In this document: positions 21,828-35,902 of the stretch, one piece after another
Numbering within the stretch: position 1 is the stretch's first letter
Layout: every line of letters begins with the position of its first letter
Source of the DNA: an uncultured Planctomycetaceae bacterium
GTDB lineage: Bacteria > Planctomycetota > Planctomycetia > Pirellulales > PALSA-1355
Direction: 5' to 3'
DNA length: 64,000 nucleotides
NCBI GenBank assembly: GCA_963785305.1
Contig: CAWAUV010000008.1
Coordinates: forward strand, 896,001-960,000
Notes under the pieces: generated by a model
Told to the model about the DNA's origin: nothing
Database searches by the model: none
What the model saw: only the letters and a program-made list of their open reading frames with translations
Program-made: the position numbers and the translations under genes

Positions 21828-24800
21828 GCCTGTTTGATGAGTCAAGCTCGCCTCGGGCGTCGCGCGAATCCGTTTCTGGCCCCGGTTTGGCCGAATCGGC
21901 GTCGGCGAGCCGCGCGAACACGACGCCCGCCGCCGCATCTGGGGCGCATGGCATGGGGAGCGTCGCGCAGCTCGCGGCCGCCGGGTCGCTGCCGGTCATT
22001 GGGGCCGACGAGCCGCGAATCGATCTTCCGGCCGTGCGTCGCATGCTCGACGCCAATGGCGGCAAAGACTATTGGCGAAGCCTCGAGCAGTTGTCCGAGA
22101 CGCCCGGCTTCCGCGATTTTCTCGAGCGCGAGTTCCCTCGACACGCGGCCGTTTGGGATGAAAGCTTCGATCGTCGTAAGTTCTTGGGTCTCATGGGCGC
22201 GTCGCTCGCCTTGGCCGGCGCGAGTGGCTGTTTGCATCAGCCCGAAGAAAAGATCGTGCCCTACGTTCGCCAGCCCGAGGGCATCACGCAAGGCGAATCG
22301 CTTCACTTCGCCACCGCGATGCCGCAAAACGGCTATGCCGAGCCGCTCTTGGTCACCAGCCGCATGGGGCGGCCGATCAAGGTCGAAGGCAATCCCGAGC
22401 ATCCAGCCAGCCGGGGCGCGACCAACATCTTTTCCCAGGCCTCGATCCTGGATATGTACGACCCTGATCGGTCGAAGACTCCCTTGTTTCGCGGCAGCAT
22501 CGAGACCTGGGGGCATTTTGTCGAGAGCATCGAAAGCACGTTGCCCAAGCTGCGGGAGTCGAAGGGCGCCGGCCTTCAGATTTTGACTGAAACCATTACC
22601 TCGCCCTCGATCGCCGCTCAAATCGAGGGCCTGCTACGGGATTTCCCCGAAGCCAAGTGGCGAGCCTATCAACCGCTGCATCGGGCCAGTGCCCGCGCCG
22701 GGGCGAAGGCCGCCTTTGGCGAGGAGTTGGCGCCGGTTTACAAGTTCGATAAGGCCGAGGTGATCCTGGCGCTCGACTGCGATTTCCTCGGCGATCTGCC
22801 GGGCAGTGTGCGCTATGCTAGTGACTTTGCCGACGCCCGGCGCGTGTGCGACAATCCCAAGTCGATGAGCCGGCTGTATGTGATCGAGAGCACGCCCTCG
22901 CTCGCCGGCGCCAAGGCCGACCACCGTTGGCGCGTGGCTTCGAGCAAAATCGAGTCGATCTTGCGGGCGCTGGCCGGCAAGCTGGGTGTCGACGTGGCTC
23001 GCTCGGGCCCTTCGGCCGAAGTGCTCGACAGCAAGGAATTCTCGGTGCTGGTCGATGAGCTCAATGCGCACATGGGCAAGTGCTTGGTCGTGGTGGGCGA
23101 TGGTCAGCCGGCCGCGGCGCATGCCCTGACGCATGCGATCAATCACGCGCTCGGAAACGCTGGCGCGACGGTTGATTATGTCGAGTCGGTTGAAGCCACG
23201 GTCGGCGGCGGGCCCGGCACGCTTTCCGATCTCGCCACCGATCTGCGGCAAGGCAAGGTCGAGACCCTTTTGATTCTGGGCGGCAATCCGGTGCATTTCG
23301 CGCCGGCGGATATCGAGTTCAAGGCCGCGCTGGAAAAGGCGCTGGGTCTGGGCGAGGAAAAGGGCAATGGCTCGCTTAAGCTCTGCATTCGGCTGGGCGA
23401 GTATTACGACGAAACCTCGCTGCTGTCGCACTGGCACGTTCCGGCGGCTCATTACCTCGAATCGTGGAGCGATGCCCGGGCCTACGATGGCACGCCGACC
23501 ATCATTCAGCCGCTGATCTCGCCGCTGTACGGCGGCAAGACCGTGCAGCAAGTGCTCGGGGTGTTCGAGGGTCGCTCGGGCCTGTCGGCCTATGAACTGG
23601 TGCAGTCGTATTGGCAGACCCGCTTGGGCGGCGAATCGAAAACCAGCGACGATGTCAACAAAGCCTGGCGCAAGTTCATTCACGACGGTCTGCTGGCCGA
23701 CGCCAAATCGCCGGTGAAAAACGGCGAGTTGAAGTTCGACGACAAACCGACCCGCGCGACTCCGGCGGTATTGCCGAGGAAAAGTCCGGGGGCCGATCGG
23801 GCAAGACGGTCGAAGTCGTCATCACGGCCGATCCCTGCATCGGCGATGGCCGCTATGCGAACAATGTCTGGCTCCAAGAGCTCGCCAAGCCGCTCACCAA
23901 AATCGTGTGGGACAATGTGGCCCTGGTGAGCCCGGCCACCTGCGAAGCGCTCGGGCTGGCCAATGGCGATGTGATTCGTCTCAAGACCGCGGTTGGCAAT
24001 GTCGTCGAGGCGCCGGTGTGGCTGATTCCGGGTCAGGCCGACGATGTCGTGGCTCTTTCGCTGGGCTATGGTCGCGAGCGAGCCGGCCGAATCGGCTCGA
24101 AGACCGGCTACAATGCCTATCGCATTCTCGAGTCGAGCGGATCGCATTCTGGAAAACGTCGAGATCACGAAGACTTCGGCCAAGTACAAGCTCGTGGCCA
24201 CGCATGACCACTGGAGCATGGAAAGCCGAAATCTGGTGCATGCCGAAACATTCGCCAAGCTGGGCGAAGCGCATTCCCGCGGCGAACACGGCGAAAAGAA
24301 CGAGGAAAAAAACGAGGAAAAGAAGCCGGAGGAGCACGGCTCGGGCGGCGAGAGCTCGCTCGAGGCGAGCGAGGAAATGCTCGACCGCCTGCGCGGCTTC
24401 AAGGAGAGCGGCGAGCCCGATGTTCACCTGTTCGCGCCCTACGAATACAACCTCAACAAATGGGGCATGGCGATCGACCTGACGACATGCACCGGCTGCA
24501 ATGCCTGCGTGGTCGCCTGCCAGGCGGAGAACAATATCCCGGTCGTGGGCAAGGAACAGTGCGGCGTGGGCCGCGAGATGCACTGGCTGCGGATCGATCG
24601 CTACTATCGCGGCAGCATCGACAATCCGGAAACCTACTTTCAGCCCGTGGCCTGCGTGCATTGTGAAGACGCGCCGTGCGAGCTGGTGTGTCCGGTGGCG
24701 GCCACGGTCCACGACGCCGAGGGCCTGAATAACATGGTCTACAACCGCTGCGTGGGCACGCGGTATTGCTCGAACAACTGCCCCTATAAAGTGCGGCGGT

Positions 24801-25222
24801 TCAATTTCTTCAATTACACGAAGATCACCGAGCCCACGCTCAAGATGCTGCAAAATCCGGAAGTCACGGTGCGCAGCCGCGGCGTGATGGAGAAGTGCTC
24901 CTACTGCGTGCAGCGGATCGACGCGACCCGCATCACCGCCAAGAAGGAAGCGCGGCCGATCAAGGATGGTGAAGTGCGCACCGCCTGCCAAGCGGCCTGC
25001 CCCTCGCGGGCGATCAGCTTCGGCAACTTGAATGACCCCGAGAGCAAGGTGCTTCGGCTGCACGAATCCCCCTTGAGCTATGGCTTGCTCGACGAGCTGG
25101 GAACGCGCCCGCGCACGCGTCACTTGACCTGTGTGCGGAACACGAACATGGAGCTCGGCGCGTTGGCCGACAACGATACGAAAGTGCCGGGGAAGTCATT
25201 CAACTTGGAAGACCTGCCCTGA
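21824..25222 (+). CDS. actB: alternative complex III ActB (molybdopterin-oxidoreductase-like + Fe-S), frameshifts near 23770 and 24140
   Basis: [11 protein letters not shown]/lipobox [98 protein letters not shown]. Confidence 0.92.
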
Positions 25223-25327
25223 GCGAGCCCGGCCGGAAACGCGACGAAATCCGAGCGACGACGGTAAAAAAGTAAAAGATTCAAACTAGCGGCGAATTGA
25301 GCGACGAGACGCCCGAGCGACGAACCC

Positions 25328-26722
25328 ATGACGCAAACCATCGAAACGTCCCCCAGCGGCTGGATCGACTTCCACGGTCCCGATAGCGTGCCCGTGCTCG
25401 CCAAGGGCGAGACGTACGAATCGGTGAACGAGAACATTCTGGGCATTCCGCTCAAGAAAGGTTTGTCGTCCCGCTGGCTGCTCGGCTTCACGATCGCATT
25501 CGGTCTGCTGAACCTGTTCGTCATTACGTCGATTTATCTGGTCACGACCGGCATCGGCATTTGGGGCACCACGCTGCCCACGATGTGGGCCTTTCCGATC
25601 ATCAACTTCGTGTGGTGGATCGGTATCGGCCACGCCGGCACGTTCATCTCCGCCTTCTTGCTTTTGCTCCGCCAGCAGTGGCGCACGAGCATCAACCGCT
25701 TCGCAGAGGCGATGACCCTGTTCGCCGTGGCTTGCGCCGGGGTGTTTCCGCTGTTGCATATGGGCCGGCCTTGGCTCTTCTACTGGTTGTTTCCGTATCC
25801 GAGTTCGATGACGGTGTGGCCGCAGTTCCGCAGTCCGCTGGTCTGGGACGTGTTCGCCGTGTCGACCTACGGCACGGTGTCGCTGTTGTTCTGGTACGCG
25901 GGCTTGGTGCCCGACGTGGCGGCGCTGCGTGATCGGGCCAAGAACCGGCTGGTGGCGACCATCTATGGCATGATGGCCCTGGGCTGGCGCGGCTCGGCTC
26001 GGCACTGGCAGCGGCACAACGCGGCTTACACCCTGCTGGCCGCCCTGAGCACTCCGCTGGTGTTGTCGGTGCATAGCATCGTGGGCATGGACTTCGCGGT
26101 GGCGATCGTGCCCGGCTGGCATAGCACGATCTTCCCGCCGTACTTCGTGGCCGGCGCCATTTTCTCGGGCTTCGCCATGGTGGTCACGCTCGCGATTCCG
26201 CTGCGGTATTACTTCCACCTGGAAAACTACCTGACGATTCGCCATATGAGCAACGCGGCCAAGGTGATGTTGCTCACCGGCTCGATCGTGGGCTATGGCT
26301 ATTTCACCGAAGTGTTCATCGCCTACTACAGCGGCAACACCTACGAACGCTATGTGGCGATCAATCGTTGCTTGGGCCCCTATGCCTGGAGCTACTGGGC
26401 GATCGTGATCATCAACATCTTCGTGCCCCAGATCTACTGGTTTCCGAAGATTCGCTCGAACATGAAGATCTTGTTCGTGTCGTCGCTCGTGATTCAGGTC
26501 GGCATGTGGCTCGAGCGGTTCATGATCATCATCACGAGCCTGCACCGCGACTACCTGCCGAGCTCTTGGGGTATGTTTTATCCGACGTTCTGGGACATCA
26601 CGATGCTCCTGGGCACGATCGGCTTGTTCTTCACGTTGTTTTTCCTGTTCTGTCGCGTGCTGCCAGTAATCGCCGTCGCGGAGATGCGCGAACTGGTGCA
26701 TGAACAACACGCAGGCCACTGA
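25328..26722 (+). CDS. actC: alternative complex III ActC (NrfD/PsrC family)
   Basis: [68 protein letters not shown]. Confidence 0.95.
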   Translation: MTQTIETSPSGWIDFHGPDSVPVLAKGETYESVNENILGIPLKKGLSSRWLLGFTIAFGLLNLFVITSIYLVTTGIGIWGTTLPTMWAFPIINFVWWIGIGHAGTFISAFLLLLRQQWRTSINRFAEAMTLFAVACAGVFPLLHMGRPWLFYWLFPYPSSMTVWPQFRSPLVWDVFAVSTYGTVSLLFWYAGLVPDVAALRDRAKNRLVATIYGMMALGWRGSARHWQRHNAAYTLLAALSTPLVLSVHSIVGMDFAVAIVPGWHSTIFPPYFVAGAIFSGFAMVVTLAIPLRYYFHLENYLTIRHMSNAAKVMLLTGSIVGYGYFTEVFIAYYSGNTYERYVAINRCLGPYAWSYWAIVIINIFVPQIYWFPKIRSNMKILFVSSLVIQVGMWLERFMIIITSLHRDYLPSSWGMFYPTFWDITMLLGTIGLFFTLFFLFCRVLPVIAVAEMRELVHEQHAGH

Positions 26723-27278
26723 TAGGCCCGTAATGCAAGAAACCGCGAACGACGAACTGTACGGCCTGCTGGCCCAATTCGAGACGCCCGAGCGGCTTGT
26801 CGAGGCGGCCAGGCGCACCCGCGCGGCTGGCTATCGCAACATCGAGGCGTATATCCCGTTTCCGATCCACGGGCTCGACGAAGCCCTGGGTCGGAAGCGT
26901 TCGATGATTCCGCTGCTGTCCTTGGCTGGCGGCTTCGCCGGAGCGTTTACGGCCTATGGCCTCGAGTATTACTGCTCCGCGGTGGGCTATCCGCTCAATA
27001 TCGGCGGCCGGCCGATGAATAGCTGGCCGCAGTTCATGCCGATCGTGTTCGAGCTCACGGTGCTGGGAGCCGCGTTTGCCGCGTTTTTCGGCTCGATGAT
27101 CCTCAACGGCCTGCCGCATCCGCATCATCCGCTGTTCAATGTGCCGGAGTTCAAGCTGGCGAGCCAAAATCGCTTTTTTCTCGCGATCGAGGCGAGCGAT
27201 CCCCAGTTCCGCATCGCCGAGACACGGCAATTCTTGGAAGGCCTGCCGGTCGAGCAGGTATACGAGGCGCCGAAATGA
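26700..27278 (+). CDS. actD: alternative complex III ActD (DUF3341)
   Basis: [40 protein letters not shown]. Confidence 0.92.
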   Translation: MNNTQATDRPVMQETANDELYGLLAQFETPERLVEAARRTRAAGYRNIEAYIPFPIHGLDEALGRKRSMIPLLSLAGGFAGAFTAYGLEYYCSAVGYPLNIGGRPMNSWPQFMPIVFELTVLGAAFAAFFGSMILNGLPHPHHPLFNVPEFKLASQNRFFLAIEASDPQFRIAETRQFLEGLPVEQVYEAPK

Positions 27279-27949
27279 CCACGATGCGAAACCACCTAGC
27301 AGCACATGCCCAGCCGCTTGCGCCCGGGGGCCGGTGGCGCTGGTCGCGCGATCGCCGCGCGTCGGCCGCCGGCTATTGACGCTTTCGGCCGTGATCGCGG
27401 CGCTCGTCGGACTGGCCGGCTGCGACATGCTCGACATGTACAACCAGCCGCGTTACAAGACGCTCAGCGAGGAAGACTTCTTCGCCAACGGCCAGTCGGC
27501 CCGACCGCTGGTCGAGGGCACGGTGGCCCGCGGCCAACTCGAGGAAGACCAAGCGTTCAATACCGGCAAACTCAACGACAAATATGTCGATGACATTCCC
27601 GATTCGGTCAAGGTCGACAAGGCGCGTCCTCGAGCGGGGCCAGGATCGCTACAAGATCAGCTGTCTGATGTGCCACGGCACGACCGGCTACGGCGATGGC
27701 GTAGTCGTGCTGCGAGGTTTTAAGATCCCCCAGTCGTTTCATACCGATCGGATTCGCAAGCTTCCGGCCGGGTACTTGTTCGAAGTGATTACCAAAGGCT
27801 TTCAGACGATGCCGCCCTGCAACTTGCAGAACGATCCGCATGACCGCTGGGCGATCGTCGCCTATATGCGGGCCCTTGAGCTAAGTCAAAATGCCCGCAA
27901 GGAAGACGTGCCCGAGGACAAGACGATCCTCGAGGAGGCGAGCCGATGA
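27275..27949 (+). CDS. actE: alternative complex III monoheme cytochrome c lipoprotein ActE (frameshifted)
   Basis: LAGC lipobox, DMYNQPRYK..FFANGQSARPLVEGTVARG, RGQDRYKISCLMCHG, DRWAIVAY. Confidence 0.88.
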
Positions 27950-29399
27950 CATCGCCCAATACCCCCGCCGGCGGACACGGCGGCTCCGGCAGCTTTGGCG
28001 GCTCCGGCAGCTTTGGCGGCTCCGGCAGCTTTGGCGGCTCCGGCAGCTTTGGCGGCCCCGGTGGTTATGACAATCCGGCGTATAAGTCGCCTGGCTTCGG
28101 CCCCGCCCCGCCGCTCACGATCCAAGAGACCTTGGGCAAATGGCGATTATACGGCCTCGCGGCCGGCGCGGCGGGCACGTTGGTGTCGTTGCTCGGCGCG
28201 ATCACCTCGCCGAACATGTTCTATCCCTCGTACCTCGTCGCGTTCTTGTTCTGGTTTTCGATCACGATGGGCTGCTTCGTGGTCACGCTGCTCCACACGC
28301 TCAGCGGTGGCATGTGGGGGCAGGTGCTCCGCCGAGTGCTTATGGCGGTGCTGACCACGATGCCGCTCTTCGCCCTTTTGTCGCTGCCGATCGGCATCGG
28401 CGTGAAATACATCTATCCCTGGGCCCAGGTTCAAAGTTCCGACAGTGAGTCCGCTTCGGTTTCGGCTCATGGCGACGAATCGCCGGCGTTGGCCGCTTTT
28501 GCGCGCCCCACGAAGAAGACAAGGAGCTTGCCGCCAAGCGGCCCTATTTGAATCTGCCCGGATTTTATGTGCGGGCCGGGGTGCTGTTCATCATTTGGAT
28601 CGTGATCGCCACGCTCATGGAGCGCTGGTCGTGGGGCGACAGCGCCCGCGACGAGTCGATCCGCCGTCAATGGGCTTACCGCTTGGCCGGCCCGGGCCTG
28701 TTGATCTATTCGCTGTCGATTCTCGTGATGAGCACCGATTGGGTGATGTCGATCCAGCCGCACTGGTATTCGGCGATGTTCGGCGTGGCGATGATGGGGA
28801 TTCAAGCGATCAACGGATTCGCGTTCGCGATCCTGGCGACCTCGTATCTATCGCGGTGGTCGCCCTGGAGCGAGACCGACAAGCCTCGGCACTGGGGCGA
28901 TCTCGGAAGCCTGCTGTTCACGGCGACCATGTTTTGGACCTACACCGCGTTCATGCAGTATCTGATTATTTACGCGGGCAACCTGCCGATCGAAAGCACT
29001 TGGTTCATCAATCGCAACGGCAACGGCGGCGGCCCGACGAATAGCTGGATTTGGTCGTCGCGGCTGTTGGTGGTGTTTCACTTCTTCGTGCCGTTCATGT
29101 GTCTGTTGATGCGGCCGATCAAGCGAAACCGCAAGCTGCTCGCCTATGTGACCTGCCTGCTGATCGCGATGCATTTGGTGGAGTGCCATTGGCTGATCGT
29201 GCCGCCTTTGTATCCCGATGGTTTCGTGCTGCACTGGACCACGCCGATGGCGGTCGTGGCGATCGGCGGCTGGTGGGTGGCGATTGTCAGTTCACGGCTG
29301 CTGGGTAATCTGTCGCGGCCGATCCATGATCCCGAGTTCGAGAAAGCAAGCCATGCAAGAATCGAAGACCACGCCGACCTCGCCACCGTCGAATCATAA
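27946..29399 (+). CDS. actF: alternative complex III ActF (frameshift near 28510)
   Basis: Multi-TM; SYLVAFLFW, IYPW, TDWVMSIQPHWYSAMFG, DLGSLLF, WTYTAFMQYLIIYAGNLPIE. Confidence 0.9.
27979..28056 (+). repeat. perfect 18-bp in-frame tandem repeat (x4.3)
   Basis: GGCGGCTCCGGCAGCTTT x4 encoding (GGSGSF)4 in the ActF N-terminus. Confidence 0.95.
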
Positions 29400-29811
29400 A
29401 AACTACGAAGCCACCGACGCCAAGGTCAGCTATATCGTGATCGTGGCCGTGGCCACGGTCGTGATGGTGCTGATGGCCTTGCCGGTGGTGTCGATCACGA
29501 ACGCGTATTTCAAGGACTACATCGGGAAAGCGCAGCCGCTTTCGCCGTTGGCCGAAAATCCGACGCCGCCCGAACCGCGGCTCTTGGTGCATGAGAAAGT
29601 CGACTTTCAGCGACTGATGGCCGAGCAAGAGACCATCGCGAACGAATACCGCTACATCAACAAGCAAGAAGGCATCGTGCGCATTCCGGTCGATCGCGCG
29701 ATGGGGCTTTTACTCGATCCCTCGCGGCCGAAACAAAAAACCGAAATGCCGGGCAACGGGCTGCCTTCCGAAGAAACGGCGCCCAAGCCGGGCGAAAAAG
29801 CGCCCTCCTAA
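29353..29811 (+). CDS. ActG-like single-TM accessory subunit
   Basis: YEATDA, TM helix, PPEPRL, Y.YINKQEGIVRIPVDRAM; located between actF and sco. Confidence 0.75.
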   Translation: MQESKTTPTSPPSNHKNYEATDAKVSYIVIVAVATVVMVLMALPVVSITNAYFKDYIGKAQPLSPLAENPTPPEPRLLVHEKVDFQRLMAEQETIANEYRYINKQEGIVRIPVDRAMGLLLDPSRPKQKTEMPGNGLPSEETAPKPGEKAPS

Positions 29812-29941
29812 TTCGCCATCCTCATAAATTACCGTCCTCACAAATTACTGTCCTTCGTGACCGGCCCGGCGAAGTTCGCCGTGCTCCAAGGTCGGAATAA
29901 AACCCACGATAATGCTGCCCGATAGACACGCGAACCGCTCG

Positions 29942-30859
29942 ATGACCCACGACGCCAAGAAACACGCGCTGCAATCACCGGCCCGCGGACTCCGCGACCG
30001 CCGCGGCAAGATCGAGCTCGTGGCGCTCGTGGGAATCGTGGCCTTGTTCGCATCGCTCGCCGCTCGTCCGGCGCTAGCCCAAAAGACCACCCCGCTGACC
30101 GATGTGCTCAAGGAGGTGGGCATCGATCAAAAGCTGGGAGAGCAAGTTCCACTCGACTTGGAGTTCGTCGACGAGCTGGGCCAGAATGTGCGGCTGGGCG
30201 ACTATTTCGGCAAGCGGCCGGTGGTGCTCACCATGGTGTACTTCCGCTGCCCGATGCTCTGCACCCAAGTGCTCAATGGATTTCTCAAGACCAGCGCCGG
30301 AGTGCCGCAGACGATCGGCCGGGACTACGATGTGGTGACCGTGAGCTTCGATGATCGCGAAGGTCCGAAGCTGGCCGCGGAAAAGAAGGCGTCGTATGTG
30401 AGCAAATACCATCGGGCGGGCGCCGACCAAGGCTGGCATTTCTTGACCGGCTCGAAGGAGTCGATCGCGCGACTGGCCGACGCGGTGGGGTTCCGCTACA
30501 AATACGAGCCGCGCAACGATCAATTTGCCCATGCCAGCGGGATCATGGTGCTCACGCCGGGCGGCAAGGTGAGCCGTTATTTTTTCGGCATTGAATACCC
30601 TCCTCGCGACATGCGGCTGGGGCTCGTCGAGAGCAGCGAGGGCAAGATCGGTTCGCCGATCGAGCGGATCCTGCTGCTCTGTTACCAATACGATCCCATG
30701 ACCGGCAAATATGGCCTCGTGATTTCGCGCGGGCTGAAGGCCGCCGGCTTGTTGACGCTCGGCGTGCTGGGCGTGTTCATGTTCTTCAGTTTTCGGAAGG
30801 AAATGCGGATGCCGCGGCTGACTCGCGGCGAGGCGCCGGCCGGTGGCCCCGTTCATTGA
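29942..30859 (+). CDS. SCO/SenC copper chaperone
   Basis: YFRCPMLC (CxxxC), WHFLTG, FAHASG, C-terminal TM helix. Confidence 0.92.
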   Translation: MTHDAKKHALQSPARGLRDRRGKIELVALVGIVALFASLAARPALAQKTTPLTDVLKEVGIDQKLGEQVPLDLEFVDELGQNVRLGDYFGKRPVVLTMVYFRCPMLCTQVLNGFLKTSAGVPQTIGRDYDVVTVSFDDREGPKLAAEKKASYVSKYHRAGADQGWHFLTGSKESIARLADAVGFRYKYEPRNDQFAHASGIMVLTPGGKVSRYFFGIEYPPRDMRLGLVESSEGKIGSPIERILLLCYQYDPMTGKYGLVISRGLKAAGLLTLGVLGVFMFFSFRKEMRMPRLTRGEAPAGGPVH

Positions 30860-30869
30860 GCGCGGTCCG

Positions 30870-30908
30870 CGGCCCATTGAAAACGGCCCATTGAAAACGG
30901 CCCATTGA
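30870..30908 (+). repeat. 14-bp direct tandem repeat (x2.7) in the sco-coxB spacer
   Basis: GGCCCATTGAAAAC GGCCCATTGAAAAC GGCCCATTGA. Confidence 0.85.
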
Positions 30909-31038
30909 GAGCGGCGTGTTGAAAGCAGTGCGTTGAAATCGGCGAGCGTCCCTCGGCGAGATTCGGGGCCGAGGCGTTTCGGCGGCGAGCGGCGGTGGAG
31001 TTAAGTTCGAAGTCCTGGGCATCCCAGCAACGAGAGCT

Positions 31039-32009
31039 TTGATGATTAGCAAGGGTTTTACTTGGTTTCCGGAGCAGGCTTCGTCGTTCGCGGCGCATGT
31101 CGACTATTTCTATTTCTTCATGGTCGCCATCAGCGTGCTCGTGTCGCTCGGCGTGGCCTTTTTCGTGGTGTACTTTTCGATCAAGTACCGCCGCGGTTCG
31201 CCGGCTGATCGCACCGAGACCGACAACCACCACACGCAGATGATTATCGAAGTGACTTGGATCGTCATTCCGTTTTTCATCGTCATGGCCATGTTCGGCT
31301 GGAGCGCCTGGGTATTTTACGAACTCGAAACCCCGCCCGACGACACGATGGAAATCGCCGTCGTGGGCAAGCAGTGGATGTGGAAATTCCAACATCCGAA
31401 CGGCCGCCGCGAGATCAACGAAATACACCTGCCGCTGAATCGCGCCGTGAAGCTGAAGATGATCTCGGAAGACGTGATCCACGATGTCTATATCCCGGCC
31501 TTCCGCATGAAGCACGACGTGCTGCCCGGCCAGTTCACCTATGAATGGTTCAAGCCCACGATGCCCGGCGAGTTTTATCTGTTCTGCGCCGAATACTGCG
31601 GCGCCGACCATTCGCTGATGAAGGGCCGGGTGGTGGTGCTCGACCAGGCCGAATACGAGGCCTGGCTCAAGGAAACCGCCCCGGTCGACACGCCCGCCGT
31701 GGCGGGCGGGAAGCTCTTCTCGCAAATGAACTGCACATCGTGCCACAAGGACCCGGGCGTCGAGGCCAAGGGGCCGTCGCTGGTGGGTCTGTTTGGGCGC
31801 GAAGTGAAGCTCGATGGCGGCAAGACCGCCACGGCCGACGAAGCCTACCTGCGCGAATCGATCCTGCGTCCGGCGGCCAAGGTCGTGGCCGGTTATCGGC
31901 CGATCATGCCGCCCTATGAAGCCGAGGCCAAGATCAGCGAAGAAGGATTGAACGATCTGATCGCCTACCTCAAATCGCTTTCCGGCCCCAGCGGAGCGGA
32001 GAACAAGTA

Positions 32010-32010
<1 letters not shown>
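31039..32010 (+). CDS. coxB: caa3-type cytochrome c oxidase subunit II with fused cytochrome c
   Basis: [20 protein letters not shown]uA motif; C-terminal CTSCH...MP. Confidence 0.95.
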
Positions 32011-33638
<1,628 letters not shown>

Positions 33639-33651
33639 GAGGATTGTTCTC

Positions 33652-34356
33652 GTGTCTGAAACGTATCTGCCAGCCGAGCTCACGCACGCGCCGGGCCCGC
33701 TCGCGCATCAATTCGAGGACATGGAGCAGCAACATGGCGCCGGCGAACTCGGCATGTGGCTGTTTCTCGTGACCGAGGTGCTGTTTTTCGGTGGGCTCTT
33801 CTGCGCCTACACGATCTACCGCACGCGGAGCCCCGAGACCGAAGCCGCCTTTGCCGAGGCTAGCCATCAACTGAATTTGCGACTAGGCACGGCCAATACC
33901 GCCGTGTTGCTCACCAGCAGCCTCACGATGGTGCTCGCCGTGAATGCCGCGATGCGCGCCCAACAGAAGAAGCTCTTCTGGATGCTCATCGGCACGATCG
34001 TGTTCGGCACGGCCTTCTTGGTAATCAAATACTTCGAGTGGAAGACCGACTACCATGAGGGGCTGATACCGCTGATGAATCTGCCCTTCCGCTGGGAGGC
34101 GCCAGAGCACAATCCGGCCACCGCCGGGACCGCGATGATGTTCTTCAATCTCTATTTCTTCATGACCGGCCTGCATGCGCTGCACATGGTCATTGGCATC
34201 GGTTTTCTACTGCTTTACACCTACTGGGCCCACCGCGGCCACTTGCTTGGCGAGTGCGCCCAGCCGGTGCATTTGCTCGGCTTGTATTGGCACTTCGTCG
34301 ACATCGTGTGGGTGTTTCTCTATCCGTTTCTCTATCTTGTCGGAACGAGGGCTTAA
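33652..34356 (+). CDS. coxC: cytochrome c oxidase subunit III
   Basis: GMWLFLVTEVLFFGGLF, NTAVLLTSS, TGLHALHM, YWHFVDIVW. Confidence 0.95.
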   Translation: MSETYLPAELTHAPGPLAHQFEDMEQQHGAGELGMWLFLVTEVLFFGGLFCAYTIYRTRSPETEAAFAEASHQLNLRLGTANTAVLLTSSLTMVLAVNAAMRAQQKKLFWMLIGTIVFGTAFLVIKYFEWKTDYHEGLIPLMNLPFRWEAPEHNPATAGTAMMFFNLYFFMTGLHALHMVIGIGFLLLYTYWAHRGHLLGECAQPVHLLGLYWHFVDIVWVFLYPFLYLVGTRA

Positions 34357-34359
34357 GCG

Positions 34360-34728
34360 ATGTCGGCTCATGGTGGTGAAATCAAGCCCACGGTTGGAAT
34401 GTGCTGGGCGATCTGGCTTGTCCTCTTGGGGCTGTTGCTGCTGACATTCTATGTCGGCGAGGAAGTCGACGCCGGCGATTGGAACTTCGTGATCGCCTTT
34501 ACCATCGCCATGACCAAGGCGCTGCTGATCATTTTGTTCTTCATGCACATTTACTACACCCATCCGCTCATTCGGCTGGTGGCCGCCAGCGGCTTTTTCT
34601 TTCTCGCGATCCTGATCGGATTGACGCTGGTCGACTTCGATTCGCGCAACAAGGAGATCGAGCGCGACGCGCCCGAATACGCCACGAGCACGTCGCAAGA
34701 AGCCCACGTCGAGCCGGCGCCTCGATAG
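34360..34728 (+). CDS. coxD: cytochrome c oxidase subunit IV (caa3 type)
   Basis: Three TM helices, IAMTKALLIILFFMH. Confidence 0.88.
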   Translation: MSAHGGEIKPTVGMCWAIWLVLLGLLLLTFYVGEEVDAGDWNFVIAFTIAMTKALLIILFFMHIYYTHPLIRLVAASGFFFLAILIGLTLVDFDSRNKEIERDAPEYATSTSQEAHVEPAPR

Positions 34729-34824
34729 CCGAGCGGAGGATCGCGCCCCGCGATCTTTCCACCCCGGCAGTTTCGCTCCCAGGCCACCGGCCACGATGCT
34801 CGCAACAGGAAACGCGATCCGCTT

Positions 34825-35700
34825 GTGAACCACGCCGTGCTTGAGACCGCGATCGCTCCCTTGCGGCGCAAGCTCTGCGAGCATCCGCTGCATGCCGAGC
34901 TCGACGATCGCGGCGCTCTCGCGCTGTTCATGCGGCATCATGTGTTCGCGGTGTGGGATTTCATGTCGCTGCTCATGGCGCTGCGGCGAGAGGTGGCCTC
35001 CGACACGCTCGCCTGGATCCCGCCCGCGAATCGCCTGGGCGCCCGGCTCGTCAATGAAATCGTGTTGGCCGAGGAGAGCGACGACGACGCTCGCGGCGGT
35101 TTCGTCAGCCATTTCGAGATGTACCACGAGGCCATGACGGCCCTGGGCGCCGATACGGGGCCGATCGACGAGCTCATTCGCCGTGTTCGCCAGGGCGAGG
35201 CGGTTGGCAAGGCGATGGCGGCCGCCGAGCTGCCAGATTGCGTGCGACGATTCGTCGGCCACACTTTCGCCGTAATCGCGAGCCGCGATCCTTGCCAGAT
35301 CGCCGCCGCCTTCTCGCTCGGCCGCGAGGACCTCTTGCCGAACGTGTTTTTGCGAATCATCGATTCGCTCCGCGCCGCCGAAGCCGATCACGCCGAAGCC
35401 GATAACATTGACAGGCCCGCCGATTCCGCTCAGCCCGTTGCCACGGTTCGGACCACGGGGGACGAGCAAAGCGAGGGCCTCGAAGCCTTCCGCTACTACC
35501 TGCTGCGGCATGTGGAGCTCGATGGCGATCATCATGGCCCGATGGCCATGCGACTTTTGGAAACGCTCTGCGGCCGCGACCCTCGGAAGTGGCAATCGGC
35601 CCAAGCCGCGGCCGAATCCGCGCTCCTGGCCCGCCTCGATTTTTGGAACGCGATCCACCGGGCCATTTTGACGCGCCGCGAGCAACCGCTCGCCCGGTGA
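34825..35700 (+). CDS. DUF3050 family heme-oxygenase-like protein
   Basis: FMRHHVFAVWDFMSLL, RLVNEIVLAEESD, SHFEMY, GREDLLP, YYLLRHVELDGDHHGP. Confidence 0.9.
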   Translation: MNHAVLETAIAPLRRKLCEHPLHAELDDRGALALFMRHHVFAVWDFMSLLMALRREVASDTLAWIPPANRLGARLVNEIVLAEESDDDARGGFVSHFEMYHEAMTALGADTGPIDELIRRVRQGEAVGKAMAAAELPDCVRRFVGHTFAVIASRDPCQIAAAFSLGREDLLPNVFLRIIDSLRAAEADHAEADNIDRPADSAQPVATVRTTGDEQSEGLEAFRYYLLRHVELDGDHHGPMAMRLLETLCGRDPRKWQSAQAAAESALLARLDFWNAIHRAILTRREQPLAR

Positions 35701-35902
35701 CGGCGGTTCCAAATCGGCCTTTCGGCGGCCCGGTTTGAATGGCGGTTCGCGTTCGACTATTCTTAAGAGGATCGTTCGCCGCCGCGGGCCGGGTCGCCGC
35801 GCGGCCCGGCCCGGCCCGCTTATGCGCCCGGGGCTGGCCGACAATGCTCCGCCGGCTGGCTATCGTGTTTTGACCGTTTATTTTCCGCCAATAGGGCCGA
35901 CT

